This document shows, piece after piece, positions 1 to 14,419 of a stretch of DNA of 64,000 bases. Each line of letters begins with the position of its first letter. The stretch's first letter is position 1. This DNA is from Chrysomallon squamiferum (lineage: Eukaryota > Animalia > Mollusca): contig CM022670.1 of assembly GCA_012295275.1 (NCBI GenBank), forward strand, positions 10,726,001-10,790,000, written 5' to 3'. Below the pieces are notes generated by a model, which ran no database searches, had not been told where the DNA came from, and was given only the letters and a program-made list of their open reading frames with translations. Both the position numbers and the translations under genes were made by a program.

Positions 1-730
1 ACATACATATAAGAACTCCATATTTCCTTTTTTCAGTTTTCAGGCTGATGGAAGATATAAATACTTTGAATATGCATGCTACATATATATATATGTATGT
101 ATGTATGTATGTATTTATGTATGTATGTGTATGAATGTTTTTATTTATAATTGTAAATATGTAGTATTTTTGATTATGTATAGTTTATGTGTGTATGTTT
201 GTTTGTGTGTGTATGCGTTTGTGAGATTTTAAGCATGTTCCAGTCTCTCTCTTCTTATCTTCTCTTAAATCTCATCTCTCTCTCTCTCTCTCAGTATTGC
301 TCACTCCAAAAATCCGCCACTGATGCAAGCAGTGCAGACTTAAGGGAAAAAACAAAAATCTATGAAAAACAATAGTTTTTTTGTTTTTTGCTCAGAATAA
401 CGTTAGAAACAGAACAGCAGCTGTCACTAACGAAACCGCTCACTTAATTACACTGAACTGTCGTGGCTTTGTGAACGTCACTTTCTATTTCTCTCCAGTT
501 GTAATCGATTTTACCTGTCGTGCTTGAGCCCTGGGGCATTTAGATGAATTAATAAATTACAACCTGTTTTGATACAGTGAAAGTGTAATAACTACAGAGG
601 TTTGTTTCCCCATACAGCTAGCTATCAGCATTGAATGCAACAGAAAAAACTCAAAAATTTGTTTACAGTTTTTCATTTATTTGTCCCACGGTATATTTAT
701 CTCTCTCTTTCCATATCTGTGTATGTTTAT

Positions 731-732
<2 letters not shown>

Positions 733-820
<88 letters not shown>

Positions 821-824
821 TTAT

Positions 825-870
<46 letters not shown>

Positions 871-972
871 CTCTATATTTGTATGTTAAAGTATGTTTAT
901 GTGTGTGTGTGTGTGTGTGTGTTTGTTTTTTGTTTATATGTTTATGTTTTATGTGTGTGTGTGTGTGTGTGT
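733..972. repeat. (TG)n microsatellite cluster
   Basis: Long GT runs with short spacers; source of the VCVC ORFs. Confidence 0.95.
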
Positions 973-1149
973 GTTTGCATTTTTGTTTATATATATGTAT
1001 TTATGTATGCATGTACATGTATATTTATTTGTTTATGTTTATGTATGTAAGAATGAATATTATGTTCTCTTATTTCTTATGTATTATCTATGTCTTAGAC
1101 TTTGCCCATAGACATTATTTAGACGCAATAGGCAAATGCTCTCTCTCTC

Positions 1150-1189
<40 letters not shown>

Positions 1190-2492
1190 ATACATTTTAA
1201 TTCTCATATTAGCAATGAAGATAAGCGAGAAATAACGTGGAAAACAGGATTAAAATTAGTCACCTACACAGTCATAAAGTCTGTTTATTGCAGCTATACA
1301 TCTGTACTTAAAATTGAATAATTTTCAACAGGTCGTCTGTACCAAATGGAATACCGGGTACCCCGGTTCACAAGGGAGGTAACTGTGCGGAGATCATTGT
1401 GATTCATACACAACAAGTCGATCGCCTTAAACGGTTTGCTAAGTACAATTCGATAATCAATTCTTCCAAACCGAACAGCGAACTAATGAAAACGGAACTG
1501 CACGATCGAAACAGTGGTGCAAGTTTTCCACTTGCTGGCATTGATGGATTTCAATGTATTCCATTCGCTAATGCGTCTTCATGAATGACGCCCCCGCGCG
1601 ACAGGAACTGAAGTAATCGGAAAGTACCGAAAATAAATCGGTCGTCCAGATGCTACAGAGCCGAGTGCATTTCGACAAACAACCAACAGCGACTTTAACC
1701 GTGACTCATGTTGCCGAACAGGTTAAAAACGAGAAGAAGAGAACGAGACAGAGAGAGAGAAAATACCACATTTATTTTATTATTCCCTTTTGCGATAGTG
1801 ACGGCTGCAGTTTCAACAACATCTGAGTCACGCTCCAGTCAGCTCCAGTTTTACTCATGGCCCCCTGAAAGTCGGTCAGCCTTGACAGTGGGGTTACGAT
1901 ATTGCGCAAAAAGTATTCGAGGTTACTCGGTGCGTTTCGGAAATGGAGAAAATAGCGTTGGCGCCGTTACGAATGGGTAGTATTACTAGCAGTACTTTAA
2001 CAAAAAAGAATTGAAAAAGATGATTATATAATCTGTATCGATGTGGGGTTTTTTGGTTGTTTTTGGGGTTTTTTTCACAGTTCAAAAAGCATAATGGTTA
2101 CAAATACCGCCTACTGTCTGATGTGAAATAGTTTTCGTCTGCTTGTACAATACTCGGAAGTAAAGCCTGTCGTGATTGTTTTAAGAATTGTTGTTGTAAC
2201 TGTGTGGTCGGATGATGGTGGGTGTAAAATGTAGTCTTCTTATTTCTATTTTTTTAAAGTAAATATTTCATCAGCCACTGTTACATCAGCGTAAAAACTA
2301 TACGGCTATCAAATATTACTACTATTACTACTACTGCTGCTGCTACAATATCACCACCATTAATAATAATAATAACAGTAATTTTGAAGATGATGATGAT
2401 AACTGCAGGAAATAAATGGGGAAATAAGATATGTGCTTTCTACACTGTTTTACGTAACAACGATATAACAACACATTGAGTATCTTTGTTGC

Positions 2493-2526
<34 letters not shown>

Positions 2527-2924
2527 GCTTTTGTGTCTGTCATTCAGGTTTTAATCGAAACAGTTCATATTTGCCCATCAACAACGGCAGGGAAAATCAA
2601 ATATCATGGCCTTTCAAATTCGGTAATGGGAGGGATGTTTAGAACGGGAAATATCTTCAAATGATGAGAGCTCAATATTGCACGTCTGATAGTAAGAGTA
2701 GTTGGTATTTCTATGGTGAACCGTTTACACGGGTCTCCTTCACCCCCATGTTAAACAGTAATCTTGACTTCTGAAAGGCTGAGATGACGTAAATGTGTGG
2801 TAAAGTCTCGCCAATGTAAGTTACACTCTGTGACTTAACGTGGAGTCCCGAGTCAGAGATATAGAGTAAAGTTCAACCTGATGCACTTTGTGCGATTATA
2901 CAGTCTGCTTAACTGTTGTGTAAA

Positions 2925-3580
2925 TTTCAGTTTGCTTTTGATACGCAGTTTAATTCCGTTCAGTTTCAGTTTAGCGTAAGCGTTGGTTCAGTAAAATATA
3001 AATGTTTTGATTCAGTTTAATGTTACGTTTTGGTTTCTGTTTTGGTATACTGTTTTTGTTTAGTAAATGTAATTTAGTTTCAGTTCGCTGTAAGGTTGTG
3101 TTCTGTGTAATGTAAGGTATAGTCTACTTTCGATTTGATGTTCGATTCAGTTTAATGTTAAGTTTTAGTTTGGAGTAATGTTTGTTTAAATATATGTAAA
3201 TGTAATTTATTTTAGGTCTGGTATAAGGTTTGGTTCAGTGAAAAGCAAATTGATTTTAGTTTCAGTTTGCTGTAAGGTTTTGTTCACAGTAATGTAAGAT
3301 ATAGTTTTACTTTCGATATAAAGTTCGATTCAGTTTAATGTTAAGTTTTAGTTTGGTGTAACGTGTGTTTAAATATATATAAATGTAACTTATTTTAGGT
3401 CTGATGTAAGGTTTGGTTCAGTGTAAGGTAAATTTAATTTATTTTCAGTTTGCTATAAGGTTTTGTTCAGTGTAATGTAAGATATAGTTTACTTTCGACA
3501 TAAAGTTCGATTCAGTTTAATGTTAAGTTTTAGTTTCGTGTAATGCTTGTTTAAGTATATGTAAATGTAATTTATTTTAA
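2925..3580. repeat. Tandem repeat with ~183-bp unit (about 3.5 copies) built from shorter degenerate subunits
   Basis: GTTCGATTCAGTTTAATGTTAAGTTTTAGTTT recurs at 3140, 3323 and 3505; the subunit GTAAGGTTT(G/T)GTTCAGTGTAA recurs within each unit. Confidence 0.85.
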
Positions 3581-4343
3581 ATAATAAATTTTAGTTATTG
3601 TTTGCCACACCAGTATGTGCGGATATGTAATTTTTAAATTATTTTTGTTATTTTGATACATTCAGCTTCATGGTATGATCAATATATTTTGATAGAATAT
3701 ATGATGACATTTTTAACATCTGTCAAGTCCTTAACCATATGCACGAGGCTATAAATATATGAGAGTTATATTAAAAAATTCTTTTCATTATACAAAAATC
3801 AACATCTCCTTTACATACATAATACATAATTTAAAAAAAAAAAAACCAGAACACAACACAATAATCAACGTTTCAGACATCTAAACCCCGTTAATAATTA
3901 AAACTCATTCAGATTTTTCCAACCAAATACTCAGTCACTCAGTCTTACTTCGTTACATTACTAACACGTAGCACAATGATACATGCTAAGAAAACAAAAG
4001 CAACATTACTGAATACGATAACAGTACACACAATCTGATAGTATTGACCAGTGAAGAAAAACCTAGATTTCGTTGTTTTTGTCTTCCAGTTACAGGAAAA
4101 ACGCTTCTTGATAAATACATCGAATGACTCATTAGTGGGTTGTTGATGAAGTCATTTGGTAGAATCGGGTTAATGGCTGTGGATAAAATCCTTGTTTTTC
4201 TTTTTCGCTTGTTTGTATGCGGAAGATAATTAAATGTATCGTTAGTTCAGCATCTTTCCTTCCGTTACTGTCCGCACTCAGAAATAAAAACAAAACAAGA
4301 AATAAACAATAACAACAACAAAAAACAACTAAAAATATATATC

Positions 4344-4406
<63 letters not shown>

Positions 4407-4611
4407 AAAAAAAAAAAAACGTTATAAAAAGAATGAAAATAAACAAACAAATAAGAAAACTAATTTTATAAAATTCAATTAAAACCTCTCCGAAAGAAGT
4501 AAAAAATAAAAACATAAATGACATATAGATTAAATCAAATCATAATTCTCACAGAAGGTAGACTGGGGAATAATAAAATAAGGAATGTATAGATCAAGAA
4601 ACAAACATATA

Positions 4612-4646
<35 letters not shown>

Positions 4647-4776
4647 ATCCACAAATTTACACACTAAAAAAAAAAAAAAAAAAAAAAAAAAACAAATACT
4701 AGCATCAATAATAACAATAGTAGCAGTAATAGCAGTTCTAGTACTACTGGTAGCAGTAGCAGTAAGTAGTAGTACT

Positions 4777-4975
4777 AGTATTAAATAAATTAATTAATTA
4801 AAAGGAAAAAAAAAAAAAAAAAAGAAATACGGGAAAGAAGGGAAAGAAAGTCTCCGTTATTTGGGTCTGTCTGTTAGTATTAAATAAATAAATTAAACAG
4901 AAAAGAAAAAAGAAAAGAAATAAGGGAAATAAGGGAAAGAAAAGAAAAAAGTCTCCGTTATTTGGGTCTGTCTGT
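4777..4975. repeat. Short tandem duplication (~100 bp x2)
   Basis: TAGTATTAAATAAAT...GGGAAAGAAA...GTCTCCGTTATTTGGGTCTGTCTGT occurs twice in tandem. Confidence 0.8.
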
Positions 4976-5783
4976 CTGTCTGTGTGTTCATTGAACTCCG
5001 AAGCACTGGCAGTCAGCTGGTGACGTTTGTAAAACCAAGATGACGACGTAAAATAAAGATTTCAAGGGCGGCCACATCGGTCGATCGATACAATTATCTG
5101 TGCCAAATTACTAAGACGCCGTCGCTTCCATCACTGGGTCTTCGTATTGATCGAATTCTGGAAGATGTAAACATTTTTACGTAACTCTCTCAATCAGCAT
5201 CAACCTTGTAACATCGGCATCAATACGGAATAAAAAAAAAAAAAAACAACAACAACAACTACAGCTACGACGACGTCAACGGTTGATGAAGTAAGAATAT
5301 CTCGATAAACACAACAAACTTCAACAACGACAACAACAAATATGTTTTTTTAGTTATGAATATATGGATATGTTTTTGGTTATGGAAATCTGAGTAAAAA
5401 TAAGATTTGGGAAACTGGATTTGTTTATACATAAATTTATCTTTTTTGTTAACGTATTTTTGCTTATCTCGTCTAAACATTATTTACCGTTATCTGTAAT
5501 AAAAAATTGTGGTTTTTTTTTGTTTGTTTTTTTGTTGGGTTTTTTTAATAAGAAAGAAAAAAAAAAGAAAGAAGAAAAAAGAAAAACAAAATTCATTGCA
5601 ATGTTTTAAAAGATAAATGAAAACCTTTTGATTTTTATGCCTTTTTAATATAGTTCTTGTTGCAGATTTAGGCCTTTAAAATGAAGGTGCGACATGAATA
5701 AAAAAAAATTATGAAATTTATTTTGATCATAGGTGTATAATATAACTTTACTAGTTATTTATTTATATATGTGTGTGTGTGTA

Positions 5784-5851
<68 letters not shown>

Positions 5852-5852
5852 T

Positions 5853-6150
5853 TGAATACTATCTTATGCACGTCTGATATATGTATGCATATATAAGACA
5901 GTATTCATATATATGTAGTTCACGATTTTGTTTTATGTACGTCACACACATATATATATATACACACACACAAACATATATAAATAAATAAATATATATA
6001 TATATATGAATACTATCTTATGCACGTCTGATATATGTATGCGTACATAAGACAGTATTCATATATATGTAGTTCACGATTTTGTTTTATGTACGTCACA
6101 TATATATATATATACACACACACAAACATATATAAATAAATAAATATATA
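5853..6150. repeat. 154-bp tandem duplication containing a 15-bp inverted-repeat mini-element in (TA)n
   Basis: TGAATACTATCTTAT...ATAAGACAGTATTCA at 5853-5907 and 6007-6061; a partial third copy at ~9101-9144. Confidence 0.85.
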
Positions 6151-6422
6151 TATATATATATATATGTTTCTACGTATGTATGTATGTACTTACGTATGTA
6201 TGCATGTATGTATGTATGCGTGTATATATATATATATGTATGTATGTATATATGTGTATATATCTATGTGTATGTATATATGTATATATCTATATATATA
6301 TAGATATATAGATATGTATGATTATATGAATGTATGTATATATATGAATGCATGTATGTATATATATATGCATGTATGTATGTATATGTGTGTGTATGTA
6401 TATGTGTGTATATATGTATGTA

Positions 6423-6467
<45 letters not shown>

Positions 6468-6768
6468 GATACTAGAAATTATGGAATGTCAAAATAAATT
6501 TCGTTATAAACCAAAAGACGTAGGGAAAAACAGTGATCCTGTGGGGTCAGTTTTATCATAACCATATCCCAGATACGAGTTTTGACAGCAGGATATATAA
6601 ACTCAGCAAGAAGCTTTCAGTAATAACTGACGAGGAAAAATAACAACAACAGCTAATGTTTCTATAAACAGATCTACGTCTTTAGGTTATTTGTTTCTGC
6701 AGTGGTACGACATAGTTATAAACTGTACTATAAGTAAGTTGTAATAATACTAATAATACTAATACTAC

Positions 6769-6799
<31 letters not shown>

Positions 6800-7108
6800 A
6801 ATAAATTGTCATTGCAATGATTGTATCTACTATCAATACCAAAAGAGTTAAATTATAACTTATCTAATATATGTATATTTCTTTTGTATATGTATATGTA
6901 TATGTATGTGTGTGTATGTATGTATATGTATATGTATATGTCTGTATGTATGTATATGTATATGTATATGTGTGTGTATTTATATATATAAATATAATCG
7001 CCATATAAGGATTCACGTGGAATGGATATTAACGTATTATGAAATAGGAATAAGAAGAAAAAAGAAAAAGTGTTCTGAATAATCTTGTAGAACAACAGAC
7101 AAATAGAT

Positions 7109-7112
<4 letters not shown>

Positions 7113-7168
<56 letters not shown>
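7113..7168. repeat. (AG)n microsatellite
   Basis: Pure AG run. Similar (AG/CT)n tracts lie near 10060-10140, 13766-13832, 28937-29010, 32433-32523, 35117-35181 and 40565-40622. Confidence 0.95.
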
Positions 7169-7172
<4 letters not shown>

Positions 7173-7744
7173 ATAAACGACAGATACAAAAAATAACGTA
7201 ACAGACAGACAGCGAGGTAGATATACAGACAAAGAGATAAACATTTTGTAAACAGGCTTTTCAGTCCTGGTACATTAAGATAACCATTAACAGGCCTGTC
7301 CCAATACTGTTTACATTTTTCAAGGTAAACAGGTACTTTTGACTGATATATGTTTAAAGTATTAACAATAATTAAGTAAACTTCAAAACGATGCCGTTTG
7401 CTAACCACTTGACGTATAATTTACATCACGTAATCATATTAACGGTGGTTTACTGCAAGTAAATATTTTTGAACTGAACACTGTAAAAGTTAATACACTG
7501 ACCTTTGAGACAAACACATTAGTTTGATAATTTACTTTCTTGGACATATTATTGTCATTGTCGTTGTTGTTATTGTTGTTTTATATACGATAGTCATACA
7601 TATTTTCATAACACATTTAGGTTCTTTATTTTCTTTTATGGAGTATAATAAATAATATCGATGGGATTCGCAAGATCAAGGTCTTTCAAATTTATCACCT
7701 CTGTTTTCGAGAGTTAGGTCAGAGGGAGATCAGTACGAACGAAA

Positions 7745-7830
7745 TAAATTGCTGGCGCCATCTTCGCGTTGGTCACATTTACGTCAGAAGCGTACTACGT
7801 CATATGCCTGGAGACTTTTCCCGGAATCAC
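7745..7830. promoter_or_regulatory. Candidate upstream enhancer (YY1, bZIP half-sites, STAT)
   Basis: GGCGCCATCTT (YY1, reverse), TTACGTCA, CTACGTCA and a perfect GAS palindrome TTCCCGGAA (7818-7826) lie within 80 bp. Confidence 0.45.
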
Positions 7831-8992
7831 ACATTATCACCTGTTGTTCCATTATTCAGAAATAAATTAAATAATATGTAACTTTAATATAAGATAAGAT
7901 AAAAAAATTAAAAAAAATTATTTAGAGCGTTCCTATGTGAATTTTGAGGGGAATGAGTCTCCCACGATGGATTAGTTGGACAGAAATCCCCATTAGATTT
8001 TACAAGAAATTAATACCAGTCGACTGTTAAAAGATAATCCTGCAGTTAAAGAATATGCCGGCATTTAATACAGCAATACTTTACGAAACTGTATTATGTT
8101 CGAACGTAGGAAATAACCTGTGCTCGATACCACTAGTCACGTGATCTGTTCCTGATATTAAACCTAACAAATTAATTGTTCTACAGAATCCACTGACATT
8201 TAATATACGGTTAGTTTTACAGTTCTGTAACAACATGTTCTGTGTGCAGTTCTGACAACATGTATTGTGTGCCGGTTAATGCACGAACTGGGGTTTGTGG
8301 TTATTCGTGTGACCCCAAAAACATCATTCAGGTCCACGTGATGTAAAACACAGTAAGTGTGTTAATGAGTGCGAACGATTTTATGATTAGCTAAAAGTGA
8401 TTCAGTATTTGGCTGATTCACTGAGTAAGTTCAATAAGTAACCTTGATCGATTTAAAAAAAAAGAAAAAAAAAAAAAATCCAATAAGTACTGAATATGTT
8501 AGTCAAGGCAATACTGAGTCACGTATCATAGACTACACTTCCTTTCTCTCACTCAGTCTATATTCGCCCATTTATCAATATCCGTTGGTATGCTTTTAAT
8601 CATCGTTTCTATGTTTATCTGGTTATACATTAAAAATTCATCCTTTATTCATTGACATAGATATTAGTTATTCATCATTACTGAGTAACATATCCACTCA
8701 TTATTCATTCATTATCGACTCAGTGTTCGCCCACTCGCTCACTTTGCCTTTGTTCAACGACTACCACTCTCCCACCAGCCACTGGCTCGAGGTTTTAGAC
8801 GGGAAAAGGCTATGTAAATGGCAAAATGTCATTGCCTGTTCTTCAGCATACCTTGCGGGCATTTTTCTTCGTAAATTGAAGGTCACTAAAATAGCTTGAA
8901 AACATTTTAACAGCAGACACTGACCCAAGAGAGAAGAGGAGAACACACCCTCTAATTTTTGATGACCGATTTTAAAACATTTTATTGTTCTT

Positions 8993-9028
<36 letters not shown>

Positions 9029-10058
9029 CTCCACAGACAAGTAGAAGCTCAGAAATTAATGAACAGTACGCATTTGAAAACTGCCTTGCGTACGATTTGA
9101 ATAAGACAGTATTCATATATATATATGTGTAGTTTAAGATTTTGAATAATGAACTATTTCATGTATGCGGCTTTCGTCAGGAAACTGGTTGAGCACGCCT
9201 TTCGTGGGCACTGCTTTTGACACTCGAGAGTTTTGTCCAAGACAAGATTAAAATTATACTTCGATCGTCATTTTTGAAATCCATTGAAATCTCCTGGAAA
9301 AAATGTTGTTTGTGGCGTCACTGTGACTGTTTGGCGAAAACGGAATAAACAGTTTTACAAGGGAAGGTCCAAGACTGGAACTTGCAGCGAGATGAGACTT
9401 CGAGGCTTCTCGTTTTTCTTATTTATAATTTATAATTAATAATTAAACTCCTCTTGAAAACTGTACATCCAGCAAAATAGTGCGACCTACTAATTTAAAA
9501 AAAAAAAAAAACCCACAAAACTTGATCTGCCCGTGTTTGCATGCCAGAATTCGATTACATCAACCAGATGGTGCGTGCTGCCCGCTAATTAACATGAAAT
9601 GGTAATGAATAATTCAGTGGCTTCGTCTCCCATAGCAACATTCTTTGTATGTGGCAAAGAAACGCTCTTGAACAAAAAAAAAAAAAAAAAAAATTAACGA
9701 CCATCGGTTTTTTTTTTTACTAATGTGCCAGTCCGCCCACCTACAGAAAACTCAAACAGATAACAAGGGTTGGAGGTTTGCGCCATTAGACCCCCAAAAA
9801 TCGACTGGTAGCCTGTTAAGTGTCAATACTCAAACTCTTCGTAACTTTAATGTCAAAAACCGTGTAAATTTTCGTTTATAAGATTCAAATAATCATTAAT
9901 TTGATCAAAAATTATTTTCTTTTAAATTTCCTTCTTTATTTTTTCTTTTTTCTTTTTCTAACTTTCTTCCTTCTTCACATTCTTTTTTTTTTTTTTTTTT
10001 TTAAATCGTATGTCAGTGTGTTTTTATGATTTAGTTTGTATACAGAAAACTGGCAGTT

Positions 10059-10144
<86 letters not shown>

Positions 10145-10616
10145 AAACCCGGTTCAGATTCGTCAAACATATTACTTACAAAATTTACAATACATGTAGT
10201 ATGTAGAAATGTATGTATGTATGTATGTGTGTGTAAATATGGGAATAAATATATAGGTATAAGATATGTACAGAATATACGTTTCTGTCAGTGTATAACG
10301 GTATACGTATTTATATGTATGTAGAGGCGTGTATGGACATCTATAGGTGTGCATAGTATGTATGTATATATTATACGTGCATGCATTCATGTGTGTGTAT
10401 AGTATATTATGCATATATGAATATTTTTCATTTTTAAATACACGTATTCCCGTAAACATATTTTGACTAACAGAATTTATAAGAACGCAAAAACATTAGA
10501 AAAATTTCAAAATAGAAAACGTAAACACTTAGAAAGGACACGTCATTATACCAATATGCGTATTACGAGTGGTTTTTTTTTATTTTTTTAAGAAACATAT
10601 TTAAAACGTAATAATC

Positions 10617-10651
<35 letters not shown>

Positions 10652-11947
10652 CCACAAAAACCTATTTTAAAAACCACAGAAAGAAAACCAAGGTCTTGAC
10701 GCCATCCAAGTATTGATTCGTCGTATAAAAAGACGATTATGTTTTGTGTTTGTGTTTGTTGCAAGAAAACAGAACAGTGATAAAAAAAAAATATATAATT
10801 AAAAAAGAGAAGATAAGATGATGAAAAGGAAACAGTGGATTTTTTTTTTTTTTAAATGAAAAAAAAAAAAAAAAAGTCAATGTTTACATCTAGTTTTATC
10901 AACATCTGTTTTAAAATATCATAGATGATGTGTCTCACTTGAACAAATTGCGTTGTTTATTCAAAAAAGGAGAGAGATTTAATAAAAATACCGTAACTAT
11001 AATTAATACAGAAGATGCACAAATATTTTACGTACTTATAAACGAAAGGGAAAGTATACAGTGTGCTTATAAGGACTGTGAGTATTTATAGGACAGCATT
11101 TCTTTTCTTAAAATTATATTTTCAAAATAAGCTTGTCCTTAAAGTATATAAGTTAATACATACGTAAAATAGTTTTATGTTTGTGTGCGTGTTTATGCGT
11201 GTATCTGTGTGTGTTTGTGCGACCTTGGACAAAAAAAAAAACATAAGTATACGTATTACGCAAAAAGTAAAATAAATATTTTTGTAACATACTTATGTTG
11301 GTAGTTTACCGGTTACAAATATAGAAATTGAATTTTATATATTTATATATGTACAACACACACAAACACACACACACACACACACACATGCATACATAAA
11401 TGTACATGATATATAGACAGAAAGATATGCATGTAGGCAGGCAGAGACATACATACATACATACACTCAGACATACAGACAGACAAATAGATAGATATAT
11501 AGATATTAGATTTTTATATCTATAATAATAATAATAAGAAGAAGAAGCATATAAATTTCAGTATAAATTCCGTTACAAAGCAGAAACAAAGGTCGTTAAA
11601 AACAACAGAAATAGGCACTCATTTTTGTGTATTACTTTTATTGCACCGTTATATATATATATATATATTTTTTTTTTTATATGTATATGCAGTAAATTGA
11701 TTAATTAATTTGTTTATGCGTATATTCCATTTCCTGAAAAAGAAGGAAATAAGAAATCAAAAATGAATTAGCGATTTTTAATGCGTTAATAAATTTATCA
11801 TTAAAAAAAAAAAAAAAAAAAATAATGCAGCCTAGTTTTTGACTAGTCAATAACTAGACTGAAACTGATTCAGGGAACTGAGTTTTAACTAATAGAAAAA
11901 TCTGCCTATTATAGAAATAACATTTTAACCAGAGTATGGATGGATTA

Positions 11948-11996
<49 letters not shown>

Positions 11997-12492
11997 CATC
12001 ATCATCATCATTATCATAATCATTATCATCACCATCAGTAGTAGTAGCATTGGTAGTTATTGTTGTAATAGTACCAGCAACAGCAGTAGTAGTAATAATA
12101 ACATCAGCAATAGTAATAGTGGTTGTAATAATAATATTTTACAATATTGTTTATTTTCCTTTACTTTTTTTTTCTTTCTCTCTATTAAAACTGATAGATA
12201 GTTATACAGATAGATAGATATAAATTTAACAAAAATAAAAGGAGGAAATCACAAGAAAGCACAAAAACATTGGCAGACGTACAATGCGGCGAGAAAAGAA
12301 CGTGCAAACAGGAGGAAATGAGATGGGAACAGATATACAGTAATTAATAAATTAATTAAATAAAATTATTTTCCTTATCGTTTATGACGAATTGATTGAT
12401 TAAATACTTTGATAATCACATGGACAAATTTTTCATTGTTTATCTTGCTGCTTTGTCACAAAGGAAATTAGGTCAATCGATCTGTCGTTTGG

Positions 12493-12525
<33 letters not shown>

Positions 12526-12830
12526 CGATTTCGATAAAGCGTCTGACCTTGACCTTCATGCATTTAAATGATAATCACGTACGCTGTCTGGGTTTCTGAA
12601 GAATAACAAACCTAACGTCATTATAAGGTCGTCTCGTCAGAAGATGGACTCAACAGAACTCTAAATGAAAATGTTTTTTTTTTTTTTTTTTTTTTTTACT
12701 AAATACGTAGCAAATAAAAGGTGATCAGTATGAAGCGAAACGGTAATGAATGAATGAAAAATAAAATGATGATACATTTACTCTACGAGTAACTTTCAGA
12801 TTAAAAAAAATAAAATAAAATAAAATAAAA

Positions 12831-12865
<35 letters not shown>

Positions 12866-12874
12866 AATTAAATT

Positions 12875-12912
<38 letters not shown>

Positions 12913-13764
12913 ATCCCACACTCATGCCCATACGCACAACCAGGAGATTCGTACAAACACAAATTTATGTGTTTTATAAAACAAATAATGATAAATTAAA
13001 CAATAAACACAAACCGACAGTCCATTTAATTTCTAATCTTATAACTAACGCATAGAAACAATATTATTTTTAACCCTTAAACCCGGCGCTAATTAATACC
13101 GTTATGGAATGCGTTTTGGGGTTAGATTCTGAACGATAAACTTCTTATTCCGTCCTGGCAAGAACAATCCTCCACCCACACACATATCATAAATCGCTTG
13201 ACCGGTGGTAATACTTTTAATCAATGAAGTATTTACCGTGCAGAAAATAACAATAAGAAATCTGCGGCACGTTGCGCTTCAAGAAACAAGCGTCCCAATA
13301 TTTAAATGTCCCCCCACGTGTTAGAAACATGAATGAAGATATTTTGTTTTTTACAAGGTCAAATCATAGTATTTTTTTTTTTTTTTTTTATTAATAAACT
13401 AAATTAGGTACTTTATTTTTAGAAGTGTTAATGTCATTGTCGTCGTCGTTGTTGTTGTTGTTATTGTAGATGTTGTTATTTATCCAAACGGCACTGTCTG
13501 AAATCGGTTGATAAGTATCATCATCGTCATCAATAAAAATAATAATAATATTGATAACAACAACAGCAACGCCGATGGTTATAGTGATGATGAAGACGAT
13601 GTCGTTAGTCTTTTTGAGCGATCGTTTAATAAGTTATGTCATTATGATTCAGCGAATGTCGCTTCATGACTGAGATCAACCTGACATTTAGATGTATGGT
13701 GAGCCCGCCATTGAAGGTTTTATCTGTATACCTAATACACAAGAATGTATTAATGGTTTATAAA

Positions 13765-13836
<72 letters not shown>

Positions 13837-14132
13837 GAATTGAGTTATTTTCTCCTTCGCGGGGCGGGAAAAGCTGGTATCTTAAGACAGAGACCAGTTA
13901 TTCACTGTTATATTAGTGTATTTTTTCTTTCGATGTTACTGAGTATCTGTCTACCTATTAGCTAATAATCTATTAATCTAAAACTATCGTTCTTTTAACC
14001 CTTCTTCTTTAAACCATTATTTATCCCTCTCATATAATTTTATTTCTCTCTTTGTTTGCTTTAATTCTCTCTTTGTGTACATCTTACTCTGTACTCGCCC
14101 TCTGGTATCACTTTCCTCGGTCTCTTCTCTCC

Positions 14133-14163
<31 letters not shown>

Positions 14164-14419
14164 CTATCCCGCGAAACAGTTATTTCTTTCAAATTTCGTA
14201 TCTATTTCCCAAGTTACCTCTAAATACTTATCAGCTGGACAGTTACCATTGGCTTTAAAACTGTTTGTCTCCCCTTTTCTGGAAATCTGACTGTTAGTGT
14301 TATCTGTTTGTATTTCTATATGTCAAAATAGCGTTATCTGTAATACGTTTAGTACGACTTTGTTAAACATGTACAATATAAATCACATTCTTTATACAAG
14401 ACGTTTGTTATTTAAAGTG

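Noticed and set aside
187-1321. ORFs rich in VC/CV, LS, YI, poly-F/Y/L/C here and throughout the window
   Set aside because: Translations of microsatellites and homopolymers; no splice or homology support.
1331-1378. Possible 48-nt exon (CAACAG ... GTAACT) and strong acceptor-like tracts at ~44 and ~9036
   Set aside because: No recognisable peptide or partner exons; such signals arise readily next to poly-T. A lncRNA cannot be excluded.
13070-13125. TTAACCCTT piggyBac-like terminus
   Set aside because: No convincing matching right TIR with a TTAA target duplication was found.
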